Assembly (NCBI GenBank): GCA_963693365.1
Contig: CAVNZM010000006.1
Span: forward strand, 9,427,355 to 9,491,354
Source of the DNA: Amoebidium appalachense
Taxonomy: Eukaryota; Protista; Ichthyosporea
Reading direction: 5' to 3'
DNA length: 64,000 nt
Shown here: positions 14,550 to 34,733 of the stretch, piece by piece
Layout of the letters: the number at the start of each line of letters is the position of its first letter
Numbering within the stretch: position 1 is the first letter of the stretch
Notes under the pieces: generated by a model
Databases searched by the model: none
What the model was told of the DNA's origin: nothing
What the model saw: only the letters and a program-made list of their open reading frames with translations
Made by a program: the position numbers and the translations under genes

Positions 14550-14648
14550 GGAGAGGGAGAGAGGGCGGGCGGGGCGCGGGGGGGGGGGGGGGGGGGGGAG
14601 GGGGGGGGGGGACAGAGGGGAGAGACTTACCTCGTCTAGCTCACTCAT
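4147..14648 (-). CDS. AGGF1: AGGF1-like protein (coiled coil - OCRE - FHA - G-patch), multi-exon
   Basis: Approximate exons: 14631-14648 MSELDE; 13798-13836; 13167-13247 and 12390-12525 coiled coil ([21 protein letters not shown]); 11510-11580; 10442-10570 and 9835-9980 OCRE ([25 protein letters not shown] / [23 protein letters not shown]); 8890-9100 FHA (MGRDKD...SKSHAQV...[14 protein letters not shown]); 7230-7335 (FCPEC); 5864-5970 ([14 protein letters not shown]); 4724-4824 (YTDRAAERR); 4147-4327 G-patch ([28 protein letters not shown]). GT-AG boundaries where checked. Confidence 0.85.
4877..5082 (-). mobile_element. Family A poly(C)-tailed interspersed element, 5'-truncated copy A1 (AGGF1 intron)
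   Basis: Near-identical to copies starting at 26553, 50895 and 62338. Flanked by poly-G on both sides (4829-4876 and from 5083). Confidence 0.85.
11236..11374 (-). mobile_element. Family B element, 5'-truncated copy B1 (AGGF1 intron)
   Basis: Matches the 3' portion of 47200-47637 (TTGAATGCGGAACACGGTACGAAGTACGC...AAGCAGAGCCCATCCTCAGGGAGGGCCCAAGTCATCAA on +). Has a 15-nt internal deletion and G-rich flanks. Confidence 0.85.
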
Positions 14649-15049
14649 TTTAGTGTCCCTTCTGCCTGAGGCTGATCATAATGCTTTCTTAGTGAGTCGT
14701 AAGACCGTGTCTGCGTACGATTGGTGGTAGCAAAGATTTGAAATATCTACACGTTTCGGCCCAAAAAAACGGCCCAAAAAACGACAACCCAAGAAAGGAG
14801 TGTGATAAGATTGTGTGCAGGTGTAACTAGAACGATATGGTGCTCAAGAAAGGGTCCAGCTAATCTTTGTAGCATCGACACCCTCAGGCCGGCAGGGGAA
14901 ACACGGGGTTCGAAAGAAGTACTTTATTGACTAGCCGCCTGAGTCAGACCAAGGTCTCTTACGGTCACACGCAACTGACTTTGACTTGCACCGTGAAAGC
15001 AGGCCTACATAGTGGACACAACACAAGCAGCTGTGCTCTAGGCGCAAAC

Positions 15050-15659
15050 ATGACCACCGTATACGGCTTCTCTCCCTCGGGCAACTGCCACAAGGTGCGG
15101 TTGATACTCGAACAGACAGGGCGACCCTACGTGTGGAAAGAGATAGACATCCTCAAGGGAGAAAGCAGAACCCCCGAGTTTCTAGCCATAAACGCAAATG
15201 GAAAAATACCGGCCGTTGTGCTTGAAGATGGGAGGCCTCTGGCTGAATCGAACGCAATTCTACTTTACTTCGCCGAGGGAACGCCCCTAATCCCTTCCGA
15301 TCCTTACGAGAGAGCCAAGGTTTACGAGTGGCTGTTCTTCGAGCAGTACACCCACGAGCCCAATGTTGCCACCGCACGGTACATTGTGAAAATGCTGCCG
15401 AAGGACAGCCCACGCAGGGCAGAGGTGCCAGCAAAGATCGAGGCGGGATACAGAGCCCTCGACGTCATGGAGAAGAGACTCAGCAAGCACCCGTTTCTTG
15501 TTGGTGATTATTACACGGTGGCAGACATCGCGCTGTTTGCATATACACACGTGGCGGGGGGATGCAGGGATGGATCTGTCGCGCTACCCTGGCATACTGG
15601 CATGGATAAGGAGAGTAGAAGAGCAGCCCGGTTATGTAAAAATGGCAGCCTCAGAGTAA
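15050..15659 (+). CDS. Glutathione S-transferase, bacterial type, intronless; one extra G in a G6 run (15556-15561) shifts the last ~33 codons
   Basis: MTTVYGFSPSGNCHKVRLILEQ...EFLAINANGKIPAV...LAESNAILLYFAEGT...WLFFEQYTHEPNVA...FLVGDYYTVADIALFAYTHVA. Removing one G gives GDAGMDLSRYPGILAWIRRVEEQPGYVKMAASE*, a canonical GST C-terminus (202 aa in total). Confidence 0.9.
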
Positions 15660-16263
15660 TGATTATAGTGACCGTGTGGCAAATGCACGCACTGGTGCAT
15701 ACGTGCCACGGGGTCTGTGTAGGCGATGGTGAATCTGATCAAGGGGAGGGGGCCATTTAATGGCTTGGGGCTGTCATTAATAAGAATAAGCACACCATGC
15801 TGGTATTGTTATAACAAAAACAAAAAAAGGATTATAAGCCTAAAAGCAGCGTGTGGCCGGTCCCAACAGTTCACCGCATAAAGTGAAAAGCACGAGAAAA
15901 AAACACAAAGCAGAATCTAACATATCCCTGCTCAAGACCAGCCAACGAACTGGTCACCGACCAGAAGTCTGTTATAAAAGTGAAAGTGATGTGTTGCAAC
16001 GAGTACCTACCACGGATCCGATGTTTGGTTTCAGTGTTGCTCACGTGCAACTGTGCATCAGACAACGATTGCGCTCCTTCCAGTACTCTCTCTCTGTCTT
16101 CCACTCCCCCCCCCCCCCTACCCCTCTCTCTCCCTCCCTCTTCTCTCTTTCTCTCCCTCCCTCCCTCCCTCCCTCCTCTCTCCCTCCCTCCCTCCCTCTC
16201 TCCAAGCCCACCAGCTCCAGCTTCAAAAGTAAACGATAGGGTCAACCAATAGTATCTAGTCAA

Positions 16264-16291
16264 TGACGTCACATTGAAAAAGCCCGCGAAA
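16264..16291. promoter_or_regulatory. CRE (TGACGTCA) plus E2F-like site upstream of MRG15
   Basis: TGACGTCA at 16264-16271 and GCCCGCGAAA (TTTCGCGGGC on the minus strand) at 16282-16291, about 100-130 bp upstream of the ATG. Confidence 0.4.
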
Positions 16292-16391
16292 CTTTTGGGC
16301 CGGCCGGCCCCTGTGCGACCTGGGCCGAGCTGAGCAGCGTTAAGGCCGCAGAGCGTACTGCGATAGAAACATTACATAACTCACAGGCAGC

Positions 16392-24173
<7,782 letters not shown>

Positions 24174-24810
24174 AATACCTAGATTTTTCTGAGTTGGGGC
24201 TTTTGGTATTCCGGTCTAATGTTTTTAGTGGGCAGCTGGTATGCTTATTCACTATTGACTTCCTTGCACACGCTACATGCCTCTTTTTTTGCCGAAAAAA
24301 TGCAAACACAACTCACATTGATTCGAAGGACCAATCAACCAATCAAAGGAGGTAGTTATGCGTGGTAGGGTGAGTGTGCCCTGTTGTGTGTGTGCTCATT
24401 GCATGTGCATATTCTGATTGTTCGGTTGTGGTGGGTGAATATCAGATAAATGCAAGGTTCAACAATTCACGACACATGACACACACACACACCGTGTCTA
24501 ATAGCCATGATAGGGCATGGCATCATTTTGTGCTGCAACAGACCCAAGGCTGTGCCTCCATGACTGTTTTTATACATGCAGCTGACACACGTGTTTCGTG
24601 CTCGCTCGTGCAAATATCACACTTCGTGAGTGGGATATATACTGAACATGATTCGAACTTCTAAAAAAAAAAAAAAAGAAAAAAAAAACTTTGCCATGCA
24701 TCATGTCCAAATCAAGGACGAGTCCTCCCCCCTCCCCCCCCCCCCCTCCCCCTCCCAGGGCAGGCAGTGAACTTTCTCTGATCGATGTCATCTTCTCTTC
24801 TCTAAGCTTT

Positions 24811-24842
<32 letters not shown>

Positions 24843-25739
24843 AGATACAGACACAGGCCCACACAACCACGTGCACCACCACCACCACCACATGATACAT
24901 ACGTCATGCACAACATATTCTGTACATATATGTGAACATGTGTATGGATTAGGCAATATTTTCCCCCTGACGTGTGTTCACTAAGGGCCAAGCGTATATA
25001 CCATGTTTCGCAGTGATGCGTTACACCATGCATGCTTAAGCTTAAGAGTTCCTTATCATCTGCAGTGACATTAGGAGACACCTTCAGGACCGGCCCCGGG
25101 GGTGCCATGCAAGTTTACGTGCATGCATGCTAAAAATCTCGATGTATCAGTGCGGCAGATGTCTGATTCAGTATGATCATGATTGAGCATGGCCGGGTGT
25201 GCATAGACAGGTGCAGATGTTTGCCTTGCGTTTGGATCGATTGTGTGCATGTACGTGTGGGTAGGCATTGGGCAGGCACTGCGGCAGGAGGGATCCAATC
25301 AAAGTGTTGATCTTGAAAGAGCTTGATCATGAGCTGGTCTACTACGTAGCCCCTGTGGCCCATGGCGTGTGTGTGTGCACGTGGGCATGTGCTCGCATAG
25401 GAAAAGGGCCTGGCGGCCGCTGGGGTTCCTTCTTTGGGGGAGGGGGGGGGGGGGTTGCAGTACTGAAAACTGCGTGCACATTCTTGAATGCCGGGATCCC
25501 TTTGCTCCTGGTGTGAATCATATGCTGATTTATTGTTCGTTTTTGACAAGCTGCAACAATCGAATGGTTTCACCCTTGGCCGGCTCCACTTGGTTTACAT
25601 ATTCAAAAATACGCTGCTTAGAGCTTTCCAACGAGGTACAAAGTGTTGATACACAAACATATGCCTATATGCCCCTCCCCACCCCCTGTGTATGTGTGCG
25701 GTGTGCCTGTGTTGTGTGTGTGCGCTGGCCCAGCCAGTG

Positions 25740-25902
25740 CTAGTCTGCCATGGTGTCGTTTGCATAGGGGTTGAGCATGCCCGGGATAGCCTGCACCGCC
25801 CGCTGCCTCTTCTCCTTCTCCTGCACAAGCGTCTGCTGCTCCTCAAGCACCTCAAGCTCGTCCGTACCATCCGCCTGTGTGGCACGCGTCAGATTCAGAA
25901 CA

Positions 25903-25958
<56 letters not shown>

Positions 25959-27270
25959 CATTCACCCACATACCACCAGCACACGTCATATGCCCGCCCA
26001 GGTTAGTAACTTTCCATCCGAATGCACCACTCCCAGCAACAAACCCAAACTATGCACACTATGCACACGACACCACCTAAGGGTACACCTAAGCAGCATT
26101 TGCGCAAAACTAGCCCTGCCCCCCACACGTACCTTGATGCGGACCAGGAAGTCCTGCATGACGGTCTTGAATGCCTCTGGGTCCTTGTACTCCAGGCACA
26201 TGCGCTCAATGATCATCTCCAGCTGCTGCCTGCACACCCACACACATGTGAGAAACACCACTGCAGCCCTTGCTTCATTCCATGTGCTTGTCAGGCCAGC
26301 CACCTCATCCCCCCCCCCCCCCCCCTCTCTCCCGATCACCAAACAATCCCAAACCCCATTCTTCTGAGCATGGGTAGGTTCCATTCCCTATGCCCCTACC
26401 ACTCACAATCAACCCCATTTGACCTCGTGAGAGCAGTCCTCATCTCGGCCTCCACCCTCTCTGTACCCATAAGCAAAGGGGAACCCGTTTGCCAGAAAAG
26501 AAACAATAACCACAGATATGCAGGAAAGTGTGTGTCTTGTGGCAGGGGGGGGTTTGAATGCGTCATTAAGTATGAAGTACACAAGAACAACGGATAACAC
26601 GATGCAGAATGCAAACCATACATAAAGAGTATGCATAATAAGCAGAGCCCATCCTCAGGGGGGGCCCACGTCATCCACAGTACCCGAGTTTCGACCTATT
26701 CATCTCGTTAACGAAACCCAACTCAGATACTGTTTCATTTGAACATGGGTAGGTCACCCGTCTTGATCAGAGACGAGCAGGGTTAATTATGCAGGCAAGG
26801 GCAGTAGGAAAGGCCGGGGGTTAAAGTTCAGTAAGCAGAAGCAAGAAAAATATAGATAGGAACTCAGGAGACGGGGCTTCTGGGAAGCTCCCCCGTCGCT
26901 ACCTAAGTCGATACTTCCCTGGCTAACATACTACACCAGCTGAAAAGAATTAAGTCCCGAAGGCCGCAGAATTCGCTATCAGAGGGGAAAATATTAGATT
27001 TGACCCACGCCGCAGGGTAGTAACACGCTTACTAGGGCGGAACTTTAACGTCTTCGAACGGAAAGCTATGCCCCCGGATGTCAGCCAGAAATGTGGTATC
27101 ACCCATTGCTTTGGGCTTGAAAAAAGCCAAACCGATAGTCCGAGTTATGTTACGCCGGCGGGTAACATGCCGCATGGGTTCCAAGGGAGCTGTCGCCAAC
27201 AGAGCGGTGTGTGCATGCGTGCGCGTAATGCAATGTGTGAAGTGTGTCTATAGCTATGAGAGAGTGGGCA

Positions 27271-27301
<31 letters not shown>

Positions 27302-28026
27302 GGGGGTAGGGTAATAATACCTTGGGACGTTGGGGAAGGCGCCGCTTAGCAGGTTAGCCAGGTACTGGCGCACAAAGACGGATGCCGGGGTGCCGGGGGG
27401 CTGGTCTGCAGCCAGGGGGGTGGTGATGACGTTCTCCTCGGCATAGGACAGCATCAGCGCAAGAATGTCGCACAGCTGCTTGAACCCTGCAGCACAAAAC
27501 TCAGCAACAGTCCAAACAGGTGGGTACCGTGCAACAATATTTAAGTTATTGGATACTATCGAACTTCCGTGCGTCTCCCTGTTCAACAACTCTACAAAAC
27601 CAAAAACCCTTTTTTCATGTCCACTAATCGTTCCCCGTCCAGCAACCATTCCTACTTCCCTCAATACATCCCCATCCCCCAAACACACCCCCATCACCCC
27701 CTCCTACTCCAACCAAAAATTTCTCAAGCGAATCCAACCATACCTGATTGGTAGGCCGAGTCAGCCAGGGTTGCAAAGATGTGCTCGAGGGTGGACAGGT
27801 AGAAGGACTGGTAGAAGAAGGGGGCGGCCTGTGTGCCGACAATGGAGCGCAACATCTCCATGAGGATGTTGAGGCCGGTCTCGCTGACGTTGCGCATGGT
27901 GTGCTTCATGGCCCAGTAGATGCTCTCCATCACTAGCCGGAAGCTGCCCTCCGGTATCACAAAAAGCGCTGTGGGCCCCACACCTAGTCAGCTTACACTC
28001 ATGGCATCTCCATACATGTCTCACTC

Positions 28027-28062
<36 letters not shown>

Positions 28063-30833
28063 ACACACATACACACACACACACACAAAAAGCTAACTAC
28101 TGAAACCAACACCCAACAAACACACCACACCCCAGCCTCTTCCTTCCACCTTCATTGCACGTGGCAGCGTCCTTCCCCCGTGCAGACACTAGCACTCACG
28201 TACGTACCTGCGAAGCAGTCGCCTGTGACTATTGCCTCGAGCATCTTGAAGAAGTTAGTGCGGTGGTCGGGGAACTCAGAGAGGTCCTTGTTGATCATGT
28301 CCAGCGTGCACTCAAACACCGCATCCAGGATGGCCGGCACCTTGTCCAGAAGCTGCCCCTGCAGACCCACCCAGCACACGTGTTCAGATCTCTTTTCCTT
28401 GACTCTTGCTTGAACCAGCATGGACCCTACAATACAAACGGCATATGGCTGGCCTTTGTGTAGTAAATACATATTCCCTGTTCGGCATATTCGTCCCTTT
28501 CTCTTCCTATATCTCGTTTTTCCCTTGTCCCCTCCTCTTCTCCCCCTCCACACACCACCACCGCCACCGTCACCACCACCACCACCACCACCACCACACA
28601 CACACACACCCTCCCTTTCCCCCCTTGTTTCTTTTCTTTTCTTTGAATTGCGGGGCTTTTTGGTGCACGTGTGGGCATTCGGTAGTGTGTGCATGTGCTG
28701 TATTTCTTGCGTTTTTGCTCTTTGATGTCCGGGTGGAGGCGGAGTCCTTGTGTGTTTGATTCAGTTTCAGTGCCGAGCCTCAGGCAACACATGAACCTAT
28801 CTGGCACACCATTCGATAAAAATGTCGCAAACACGCGCCCGTGTGCTTGCACACTCTTGTGCCGCCACCAGCCGCACCCATTACTACCCGTACCCACACA
28901 ACCATGCATGCCTCACGAGCACTAAACCTCAGCTCTCAGTTCTTCTCCATCTCTTCCGACCCAACCTAACCCACATCCCACGCACGCACCTTCAGGGCGC
29001 TGATGAGTGTGGCCAGGACCGACAGGACCTCGGGCTCCCTTGCCGCCGGGATGCTGGCGCGGTAGTCGGACAGCACGACGTCCAGCAGGGGGGGCACAAA
29101 GTTGTCCCTGACCACCGTCATGTCCCCGTTGTCCGTGCGGCCCAGGAACGTGTCGATCAGCTTTAGCGTCTCCTTCTTGACCAGCCGCAGCTGCTTGACG
29201 TGGTGGTTCTTGATCGCATCCGGCCCTGGAAAAACCATTAGATCCGTGGCTAGAGGATTCAAACATCATCACTCAAAACTGACCCCCCCTCCCCACACAC
29301 ACACACCAAAAAGCAAGCACACAGTCTGACATCCCCCCCCCCCCCCCCCCCCCCCAAAAAAAAAGCCAGCACACGGTCCAACACCCATACCCTGTGTGGC
29401 AATGTTCTGGGAGATGATTTCGGACATGCAGCGGTAAAGGGACAGCAGGTCCATGTAGATGCGGCCCAGCTGGATCACAAACGACTGGCCGATGGACGAG
29501 CAGGCCGCAACGTTGGTCTTGAGCACGTTGATCACCTGCTTGATCCGCTCCGGGTCCTGCAGCAGAGATGGGTATACCAGAACCATTCACCCCACCAAAC
29601 ACATACACCCAGCACTACCACCCACCCACCCACCCACCCACGCACACGCACACACAGTGGACCACCAGTCAGCACACCAAGCCCACCCTGCCCATAGGGG
29701 CACATACGCTGACAAAGGCCTGCAGGTTCTGTGTGGCCAGCTGGATGTTCTGCTCCCAGCTGCTGTTGGGCAGCACCATCAGCCGGTCGATCAGGTTCTC
29801 CCGCACCATGGGGTCCATCTGCGCGCTGATCATGTAGCCCACGGCCTCGTAGAACGTGTGGATCTGCTGCGGCTGCAGGTCGCAGATGATCCTGTGCACA
29901 CCGGGTCAGTGCACACGCCTGCCATGCAAGAGGTTACGGGTTGTATGCAAATCGAGATAAACTTTTCTCTTTTTGCCTCTGGGGAGGAGGGATGGGGGGG
30001 GGGGGGGGGGGGGGAAGGGGGGGGAGGACTTCATACCACACAGAAAACATCTCTCATATTGTGATTGTATACACGTAACTGCAAATGTGAACGTATAAAC
30101 TTGTGAACGAGTGTGCACATACGTGTTCATCTGGGAGAGGATCTCGTCGATGAAGGGCTGGGGCTCGCCCTGCTGGTGGGCCACAAAGTAGCGGCGGCAC
30201 TTCTGGGCAATCTTGATGAAGGTGTCACAGGCCATGTCCTGCACGCCCTCGTGTGTCTCGTGCATGAACTCGAACAGCTTGTGCACGACCGTCTTGAGGA
30301 ACTTCCAGTGTGCACGCAGGAAGCGTGGGTACTGGCCCACGATGTACATGATGTTGGAGGCCACCACGGCCTTGTTGTCCTTGCCCCGCTTCATCTCCAC
30401 CAGCATCAGCAGGTACTTAATCACCGTCACAAGGAACCCCTGCCATCCACACGATAGTCAGGACCACAGTGCCACATGCCGTGTATTGGCAACCACTACA
30501 GTCCCTACCCTTGCCTGTCATTGGCTCACCCACCCCCTTCCCCATTCCTGCTATCTTGTCTTCTCCTACCTCACTCCCAACACACCCACCCACCCATACA
30601 CACACAGCCCCTATTGTTTTAGACAAACTTACCCCCCATCCCAACATTTGCGTTCTCCTCTCAACAGCACCCGCTCCCCCCCCGCCCCCCCTCCCCCTCC
30701 CCCCCCCCACCCCCCCAAAAAAAAAATACACACACACACACACAGCCCATCTTAACTTACATCAACCTGCTCCCCCCCCTCCCCCCCCCCCCTCCCCCCA
30801 CATTGCTTTTTCCTTCCCCCCCCCCCCCCCCCC

Positions 30834-30870
<37 letters not shown>

Positions 30871-31311
30871 ACCCGCATCCCCACGCCCACGAACCCTCTT
30901 CCCCTTTATCACCCTGTCTCCCTTCCCCCCCCATAAGCCACACACCTTCTCATCCTCCTCCGACATTGCGCCCGAGATTGAGCCCACGGCCCAGCACAGG
31001 GTGTTGAGGCTCTTCCAGCTCCACTGGCTCTCGTCTGTCTGGCGGTGCAGGCGCTCGGTCATAATGTTCTTGGTGTCCACACAGTCCAGGTGTGTCAGGT
31101 ACACCAGCGTCTCCCTCATGGCCCGGTACTGGTTCAGCGTGTCCGTGTGCTGCGGCATGAACTCCCGCACAATCTCCCCCGACTCGTTCTCCACAATCAG
31201 AACCTCCTCCGGCTTGACCATGTGTGATATCATCACCTGCGCCCCACCAGCCCCCTTATCATCATCATGCACAACACGAAAGGGCTACCAGAACCCTTAC
31301 TAACTATTCAA

Positions 31312-31342
<31 letters not shown>

Positions 31343-32804
31343 CCCACACACACCCCAAACCAATGTCCTTCCCAGCATGCGTACATAGGAGGGGGTCACG
31401 TACATGGCGGACTTTACTGAGGACGGGTGCGTAGAGGCCCCGTCTTGGTGTCTGGGGGGTGTTGAGCATGAGGCCGCCCTGCATGGTGCTGACGGTGTAG
31501 GGGCTCTCGTTGTACAGGCCCTCGGCCAGGCTGTTCCAGTACTCCAGGCAGATCTTAAAGATCTCCGTCTCGTCCACATCGCTGATCTGCACAAGGTACT
31601 CCAGCCCCTGCAGCAGCCCGGCCTGCGCCTCCTCCGTCGTCTCAAGCAGCTGTGCGTGCTCCTGCAACCCCAGCCAGCAACTCATGTCAGGGCACAGTGT
31701 GTATCTATCGGGTGGAAAGGAACAGAATAGAAAAGCTACGACTTTTCTAGGGCTACACGATTGGTTGATTTGACCAGATTCAAGGAGGCTGACTGGCTGA
31801 CTGACCGGCGGTGGCTCATGATGCCATTCCGAAGCCTAGCTCAGCGCCGGGCTAAATTTGCCCATTGCACTATCTACAAGGCACTACAAAAACTTTTTCA
31901 TTAGGCACCTGTTTACTATTAGGAAAAAAGGCTTTATGGACACCAAATTACGCGAATAGTGTGTAACCTCGATAGTAGCTCTAAAGCCAACTTTTGACTA
32001 TGCCGCCGTCATATACACACGCCTTTGATCATAATCATGAGCACATCATGGCTGCTATGCCGTTGACCAAGACTCGCTAAAAAAGTCGTAGATTTCTATT
32101 ATGTTCCTTTCCACCCCATAATCCCAACCCCACCGCTGCAGATTCAGGCACATGTCATACGACCCTAAAGCCACATGGATACAAGGGATACTATACCTTG
32201 AGGAAGCCTGTGAAGAAGAGGGAGAGGAAGCGCACAAAGTCCTGCTCCTCGGAGGTGCCCGTGCGGTAGGCCCTTGGCATGTTTGTGCCGGGGGGGACCA
32301 TGATCTTGAGGCTCTCGAGGGTCTGCATGTACAGCAGCCCCAGCTGGCTGGCATATTGCCCGGGCTCCAGCTTGACACAGCCAATCTCCGTCAGGCACTG
32401 CAGCGCTATGTTGCGGAACTGTGGTATCCCCAGGTACTGCGCGCAGAAAAATACGTGTTAGTGCATGCTTTTTGTCTGTCTATGTGTGTGGGGGAGGGAG
32501 GGAGGGGGGGGGGGGGGGGGGGGGGAGGGGGGGGGGAGGGGGGAGCAGCCCTCTATCGACATGCACATATGTCATGGTGGAAAAAGTGGCCTGGCATGTG
32601 AGTGAGTTTGCTGAGAGGGTGAGAGAGGTGGGGGGTTTGAATGCGGAACACGGTACGAAGTACGCATACACGACGAGAAGCATGGTGCAGGACACATGCA
32701 AAGGCAAACATTCAAGTATGCAACATCAGCCACGTGCACGGGAGGAGGAGGAGGGGGGGGGGGGGGGTAGAGAAGATGGAAGAGCAGGAGGAGGAGAGGG
32801 AGGG

Positions 32805-32836
<32 letters not shown>

Positions 32837-33123
32837 AGGAGGAGGAGAGAGAGAGACGGGGAAGTGGAGCGGCGGAGAGCGGGCGGGGGGAGAGATGATG
32901 AGAGAGAGAGAATGATAGACAAAGAGAGAAGAGAGAAAGAAAGGACCGACAGAGGAAGGGTAGATGGCTGAAAGTGTGTGTCTGTGAGGAAGTGAGCGTC
33001 GGGGAGAGGGGGGAAGAGAATGGGAAATGAAGGAAGAGGATGTAACAGATTAGAGTAAAAGAGAAAGAAAGAAAGAAAGAGAGGAAGAGAGAGAGAAGAG
33101 AGAGACGGAGGGAGGGTTGTCGT

Positions 33124-33171
<48 letters not shown>

Positions 33172-33366
33172 GAGAGAGAATTGTGTGTGTATGTGTGTTG
33201 TGTGCCTGCTTATCAATGTGTGTTTTGTAATCTGGTGAAGCCCTTGGCTGCATGGTTTTTTTTTTTTTTTTTTTTTTTTTTTGGGGGGGGGGGGGGGGGG
33301 GGAGGAGGGAGGAAGGGAGGGACGGAGAGGAAGGGGGAGGAGACCCAGAGAGAGGGAAAGTGAAGG

Positions 33367-33430
<64 letters not shown>

Positions 33431-33606
33431 GAGAGCATACCTGCATGCTTGTTCAGAAGGGTGTGCTCGCTTGTGCATTTGCATGTGCATGTGCACGTAT
33501 GTGCGTGCTGCGTGTGTGCGCTCGCACATGTGTGTGTTGCTGTGGCCGTGGCCATGGTGTGGTAGTGGTGGCCACAATTGTTCTTTCCTTCTTTTTTTCT
33601 GTTTTC

Positions 33607-33660
<54 letters not shown>

Positions 33661-34150
33661 GAGGGGGGCCTATAGAGCACGAAGTAAACATTCACCAGGA
33701 AAAACAAAAAAGGCAAACACGAACATGCATCATGAGTAAAGCCTATCCTTTACAAAGGGCCTAAGTCATCCAGAGAGCCTGATTCTCGACCCATCCGCCC
33801 TGCACGCTAAACCCAACCAAGACACACTTCACTTGAACATGGGTGGGTCACCCGCTCTGACCAAAGGCAAGCAGACGTCGCAGGCAGGAGCAGGGGAAAC
33901 AGCAATAAGCAGCACACACCTTGTGGAGCCTGGAGATAAGGTCCGTCTCGAACATGTAGCCGAGGGGGATCCAGCTGAGGAAGCGCAGCAGGGTCTCGAG
34001 GGTGGCCTTGATCAGCACGTTGCTGCTGGTGTTGTCCAGCACAAACATGCACAGCTGGAACACCTCCCCAAACTGCTCGCACATCGTGTCCTTGAGCTTG
34101 CGCGCTTTTCGGTGCGTCATCTGCCCGCTGCTGAAGTCGAACACCTCCTC

Positions 34151-34208
<58 letters not shown>

Positions 34209-34694
34209 TATTTGTGCATGTGGCGTGTGTGCCTGTGTATGTGTGTGTGTGTGTGTTCTCGCGCGTGCGTGCGGATGTGCATGTGTGTAAGCAGAAGACC
34301 ACTATGTATGTAATGCAATCGCTATGATGTACGATTATACCGCACCATGGAAAAACATAAAATTATATCGTTACACCGCAAGGTAATGAAGATAAGTTCG
34401 AGCAAGCAGTCAGCTACGCCAGTGCAACAATGTTGAGCTTCCCCCCTCCCCAGTGTCCCCACGATAACACCAATAGTGTATTAAGCATCTCCTCCTCCCC
34501 CTCCCCCCAAAACACACACACACCCACACCCACACGCACACACACATCCACACACACACCAAAATCCTCTCCTCCCCGAGTGTTTAAGTGCTCCGCAGCC
34601 CCATTCCAGACAACGGATAACACTCCTAATGAAGGAAAAAACAGGATGCCGCCGAGAAAGAGTAAATAGTTAGTCTTCAGGAAAGGGAGGGAAA

Positions 34695-34733
<39 letters not shown>

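Noticed and set aside
14927-15760. 277-aa ORF as annotated in the track
   Set aside because: The TTG-initiated N-terminal extension and the last ~65 residues are artefacts. The GST starts at ATG 15050 and properly ends at 15659.
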